Shown one piece after another: positions 60,008-64,000 of a stretch of DNA of 64,000 nucleotides. The stretch covers positions 4,224,001 through 4,288,000 of the forward strand of contig OZ242029.1 of NCBI GenBank assembly GCA_965205015.1, written 5' to 3'. Position numbers and translations under genes: made by a program. Under the pieces are notes generated by a model. The model was not told where the DNA came from and did not search any database. It saw only the letters and a program-made list of their open reading frames with translations. Source of the stretch: Candidatus Poribacteria bacterium (GTDB lineage Bacteria; Poribacteria; WGA-4E; WGA-3G). Positions within the stretch are counted from its first letter, which is position 1; every line of letters begins with the position of its first letter.

Positions 60008-61018
60008 TTAACGCCTTGCGACGAGTTCAGGGTGTGCGCCTTGCATACGGAGTGGCGGTAACCCCGCCACAATAGCTTCAACGTCATCTGTAACCATTCT
60101 CCCAATGTCGAAAAGGGCGTGATCAATGGCACCCGCCATGTGACAGGTGAGTATCGTATTTTCGGTCTCTCGGACGGGATGATCGGGCGGAGGTGGTTCT
60201 TCAGGATAGACATCAATCGTCGCTCGAAATCTGCCTGCGTTTGTCAGTTCAAGGAGCGCGTCGAAATCGACAAGATGTGAACGGCTTGCTAAGACCAGTA
60301 CGGCTCCTGGTTTAATCTGTTCCAATTTCTCGTGGGTAAGCAGCTCCCTATTTTCCTGTGTTGGAATCGCTAAAACGAAGGTGACATCGCACGTTTGCAG
60401 CAGTTCCGCCAGTCCCATCGGATTTATGCCCTGTTGTTGTAGGTGTGTGTCAGGAAGCCATGGATCGTAGGCGTGGAGTTCACATTTGAAGGGTGCCAGC
60501 AACAGTCGCAGTTCTCGCGCGAGGTTTCCATAGCCGATGATACCCACCGTTGCATTGTAGAGTGTGCAAATCTCGGCTTGCCCGCGCCATCCCCAGTTCT
60601 CTTCACCACGACGCATTCTCCGATCCGCATCAACGATATTCCGTAGGGCAGCCAAGGCATGTCCCAACGCCATCTCAGCCACCATTTTGGCGAAGGCAGG
60701 GGCGCAACTCAGCACCCGAATACTCCGTTTGAAGCAGGTTTGGTAATCAATTTGTTCTTTCCTCGGGTGTGCACCGCCGACCTCCATAATTGCCTTTAGA
60801 TGTGGTGCAGCACTTTCGTCAACATCTCCGACCCCGTGGCTGGGGATACCGATGAGAATGGATGCCTCTTTCTTGGCTTCGGTCCATGCCTCTTCGGGCA
60901 TCTGTTCGTCTTTACCCCATATCACTTCAACGGTATTCCCGAGCCTTTGTAAATCTTCTTGTGTGAAAATTGTGTCGAGTTGTCGCACTGGACGCGTATG
61001 TAAAATCGCTTTTAGCAT
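60008..61018 (-). CDS. D-isomer-specific 2-hydroxyacid dehydrogenase
   Basis: VAEMA, GIIGYGNLA, YDP, SR, DVYPEEP, HMAG. Confidence 0.9.
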   Translation of the reverse strand: MLKAILHTRPVRQLDTIFTQEDLQRLGNTVEVIWGKDEQMPEEAWTEAKKEASILIGIPSHGVGDVDESAAPHLKAIMEVGGAHPRKEQIDYQTCFKRSIRVLSCAPAFAKMVAEMALGHALAALRNIVDADRRMRRGEENWGWRGQAEICTLYNATVGIIGYGNLARELRLLLAPFKCELHAYDPWLPDTHLQQQGINPMGLAELLQTCDVTFVLAIPTQENRELLTHEKLEQIKPGAVLVLASRSHLVDFDALLELTNAGRFRATIDVYPEEPPPPDHPVRETENTILTCHMAGAIDHALFDIGRMVTDDVEAIVAGLPPLRMQGAHPELVARR

Positions 61019-61051
61019 TATTGATCCTTTCTTTTTTTGGGGCATTATACC

Positions 61052-62413
61052 GTCACTTACCCCCATTTTTTTTCGAGAGTAGATTGTAGTTGATGTAGTC
61101 AGGTTTTTCTGTGAGAAAGTCAGTCAGTGAGTGGGTCCGAAAAGTGGATCCCCTCTGGCACCTATCTCGGTGAAAAAGGAGATAAGAAAGTGTTGGTTCC
61201 ATAAGTCGGTGAGCACGCGTTTGATAATAGTAATAACAGAAAAAGTTTTTCTGTTATTACTATTATATGCCCTCTGCCAATGCGTAGAGGCGACCTTCTC
61301 GTAACTGATAAACAGCAATCCATAAGCGAGGCAGGCACATAACCAAAGGACCTCCAGACGCGCTTGTGTCGGTTTTTTCAAGACGAGTTTACCAAATCCG
61401 AAGCACGACTTTATATCTCGAAACCCGTGTTCAATCTGCATGCGGCGTTTGTAGCAGTGATGTATCTGATGTCCACTGAGGCGATTGGAGATAAGATACA
61501 TCGGGTCTTTGAAGGTCTCATCTCTGAGGATATAGAGTTGAAGCGGTATCTGCTCCTGCGCCTGATAAAGGATATGCCGATACCAGCCCGCTTCGAGGTC
61601 ATCAAGTTTCTTCAGACTCCCATCATGCCGGATACCGACATTTCTCGCAACACGCATCACGAACGGGATATCCCGTGCCTTGAGAAACTTGATGACGTAT
61701 CGCGCACGCCCAAAACCACGGTCAAACACCAGAACAGGTCGTTGTTGATGCCGCGACACCACCCCTAAAGCCTCTTGATAAACATGGACACAGAAGTATT
61801 GGATAATCTCATTATGACTCTTATAGATACCCTCGTGAAGCTGGTGATCGCTATAGATGAACCAAAAGACAGGGATCGCACGATGCCGAAACGGGATCGA
61901 AACAACAAGGGCTTTCCACCCGGCAATCAGAGACGTCTCATCAACGAGCAAATACAGATGAGCACCCGCATCCTTGAAAAACCAACCCACAACCGACACG
62001 AACCACGCTTCTTTGAGCGCATCAATCGGCAGTGGGGTGTCAAGGAAACGCAGAAACCTTTTCTGTTTCGACTTCTCCCGCTTGACGACGAGCGACAAAC
62101 GCGACGCAACTTCATTGATCCGAAACGTCGGGGCAACACTGATCGCTATCAAGACCAATACCAGATTCCGAAAAACCGGTTTTTTCATACCAACAGACTT
62201 GAAGATTTCTCCAAAACGTGTTATCATCGTTTCTGGATTTACCCGTTTTGGGTATCTCTTTTTCATAAAATACCTCCTTACATGTTTTGTAAAATGCGTT
62301 TACAAACAGTTGCTGTAAGGAGGTATTTTATCATAAACCCACTGAGTTTCTCACACTTTTTACAACTAAAACCTTTCACCACAAACCTTCAGAAAAAAAT
62401 GGGGGTAAGTGAC
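61052..62413 (-). mobile_element. IS4-family insertion sequence, about 1.36 kb
   Basis: Terminal IRs GTCACTTACCCCCATTTTTTT; direct repeat GCATTATACC at 61042-61051 and 62414-62423 (or an 8-bp TSD if each IR is one base longer). Confidence 0.92.
61124..62266 (-). CDS. IS4-family DDE transposase
   Basis: LVDET, FDRGF, YKRRMQIEHGFRDIK (YREK signature). Confidence 0.92.
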   Translation of the reverse strand: MKKRYPKRVNPETMITRFGEIFKSVGMKKPVFRNLVLVLIAISVAPTFRINEVASRLSLVVKREKSKQKRFLRFLDTPLPIDALKEAWFVSVVGWFFKDAGAHLYLLVDETSLIAGWKALVVSIPFRHRAIPVFWFIYSDHQLHEGIYKSHNEIIQYFCVHVYQEALGVVSRHQQRPVLVFDRGFGRARYVIKFLKARDIPFVMRVARNVGIRHDGSLKKLDDLEAGWYRHILYQAQEQIPLQLYILRDETFKDPMYLISNRLSGHQIHHCYKRRMQIEHGFRDIKSCFGFGKLVLKKPTQARLEVLWLCACLAYGLLFISYEKVASTHWQRAYNSNNRKTFSVITIIKRVLTDLWNQHFLISFFTEIGARGDPLFGPTH

Positions 62414-62504
62414 GCATTATACCACATTAACAGAATTGTGCTTGCGTTATTTTTTTCCGACGTTATACTGAAAAAAACGCAAAACAACGAAATAAGGACT
62501 TAAC

Positions 62505-64000
62505 ATGCAGTACACATCACAGCAAAATGATTGGTTGATTCACCCGTTTCCTCAGCCTGCTTCGGTAGAAGAAACGGACAATCGACTTATTCTCGGTAAT
62601 GGTCTCATTAAGCGGACATTCGTCACTTCACCTAATTTCGCAACAGTCGATTATACCAATCAAATTACGGGTAGCAGTCTCCTCCGTGGCATCAAACCAG
62701 AGGGGATGCTTACGATTAACGGACACCCGTTTGAGGTGGGTGGGCTGAAAGGACAGCCTGATTACGCTTATCTTGATTCGGATTGGATTGCGGATTTGAG
62801 CAATGACGAGGAGGCATTTCAGTTTCGTGAATATCAAGTCGGTGAACCTGATATCCGCTACCCGTGGGTACGCAGACGTTCTGCTACATCATCAGTGTAT
62901 CCTCCAGAGGGTGTGACACTGACGGTTGTGTTCTCACCGCCACCGTCCCTTAGTTCTCTTCGGGTTTGTGTGCATTATGAACTATACTCTGGCATTCCAG
63001 TGCTGTCCAAGTGGATTACTATTCGCAATGAGAGTCAAAAACCGATTCAACTTGATGCGTTAAGCTGTGAAATCCTTGCGGTCAACGAGCAGGAGAAACA
63101 TCGGCTGTATGTCGAGAGTGATTATGCCTTCAGTGGAATGGAAACGACACAGTGGGGACCGGATGCGGATTACAAGACGCAGGTCGATTATCACTACCAG
63201 ATGCCGCTGTTAATGACAAGTTGCTATCCACTCGGTCCGGGAATACTTCTTCAACCGGGGGAGACATTCAAGAGTTTTCGCACCTTCGAGATTCTGCATG
63301 ACAGTGATGATCGTGAGCGAAAGGGACTCGCACGCCGTAAGATGTATCGCACGGTAGCGCCACAGGTCACGGAGAATCCAATCCTCATGCACGTTCGGAG
63401 TGCTGAGCCCGAAGCGGTCCGTTTGGCGATCGATCAGTGCGCCGAAGTCGGATTTGAAATGGTAATTATGACCTTTGGGAGTGGGTTCAATATTGAGAGT
63501 GAAGACCCGGAATACATCGCCGCAATGAAGGAATTGACCGATTATGCACACGGCAAACGGATTCAAATCGGGGGTTATACGCTGATGTGCGCTTCGCGGG
63601 ATGTGGGTGCAGACTTCAACTGTATTGATCCAGACACTGGGAAACCCGGAAGTCGATTTGGACAGAGTGCTTGTCTGGCGAGCAGATGGGCAGATGGCTA
63701 TTTCCAGCGAGTGCTGAATTTCATGGATGCCACTGGAATGGATGTCATAGAGACGGATGGTCCTTATCATGGTGATGTCTGTGCAGCAACGACGCACGAA
63801 CACCATAACGGCTTGGCAGACTCGCAGTTGCGTCAGTGGGAAGCGTGCGTGCGTTTTTACCACGAATGCCGAGCACGCGGTATCTATATCAATTCGCCGG
63901 ATCAGTATTACCTCAACGGTTCAAACAAGTGCGGTATGGGGTATCGTGAAACGAACTTCAGTTTACCCCGTGAGCAGCAAATTCTTATTGCTCGGCAGAA
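62505..64000 (+). CDS. Putative alpha-galactosidase-like glycoside hydrolase, 3' end outside window (absent from ORF track)
   Basis: AAGGA RBS; hand-translated frame MQYTSQQNDWLI...NGLIKRTF...VTENPILMH...AIDQCAEVGFEMVIMTFGSG; family assignment is from memory. Confidence 0.7.
   Translation, partial: MQYTSQQNDWLIHPFPQPASVEETDNRLILGNGLIKRTFVTSPNFATVDYTNQITGSSLLRGIKPEGMLTINGHPFEVGGLKGQPDYAYLDSDWIADLSNDEEAFQFREYQVGEPDIRYPWVRRRSATSSVYPPEGVTLTVVFSPPPSLSSLRVCVHYELYSGIPVLSKWITIRNESQKPIQLDALSCEILAVNEQEKHRLYVESDYAFSGMETTQWGPDADYKTQVDYHYQMPLLMTSCYPLGPGILLQPGETFKSFRTFEILHDSDDRERKGLARRKMYRTVAPQVTENPILMHVRSAEPEAVRLAIDQCAEVGFEMVIMTFGSGFNIESEDPEYIAAMKELTDYAHGKRIQIGGYTLMCASRDVGADFNCIDPDTGKPGSRFGQSACLASRWADGYFQRVLNFMDATGMDVIETDGPYHGDVCAATTHEHHNGLADSQLRQWEACVRFYHECRARGIYINSPDQYYLNGSNKCGMGYRETNFSLPREQQILIARQ

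Noticed and set aside
63210-63863. 217-aa minus-strand ORF, and similar antisense or nested ORFs throughout the track
   Set aside because: These are shadows of well-supported genes on the opposite strand or another frame, with no motifs of their own.

Overview
Bacterial chromosomal window of about 48% GC by eye. The gene content resembles sponge-symbiont Candidatus Poribacteria (inference only): four PhyH-family dioxygenases, WD40 proteins, a LamG protein ending ...KLSLTWGRIK, and secreted proteins ending in an NYPNPFNPETWIPYQL...TRKLLI C-terminal domain. Housekeeping genes include the 3' part of a formate dehydrogenase alpha subunit, pepA, leuA, a DAHP synthase, queC, GTP-PEPCK, a BamA/TamA protein, a YidD-like gene and a NuoE-NuoF fusion. 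These are interspersed with accessory genes, one IS200/IS605 tnpB-only element, one IS4-family element, REP-like and heptamer repeats, and one intact plus two deleted toxin-antitoxin modules. The strongest candidate novelty is a ribosome-dependent attenuator upstream of an aroF-leuA operon. Its leader peptide ends in (Leu-Tyr)x5 written in varied synonymous codons, with an antiterminator/terminator pair, suggesting one sensor for two amino-acid pathways. Other leads are a PhyH paralog with a halogenase-type HxG motif, a 177-bp gene-junction repeat in a secreted-protein array, an ABC-ATPase plus putative nuclease pair, tandem sigma-54 promoters before two hsp20 genes, and two candidate structured RNAs. 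All calls come from reading the sequence by eye; no database searches were run.
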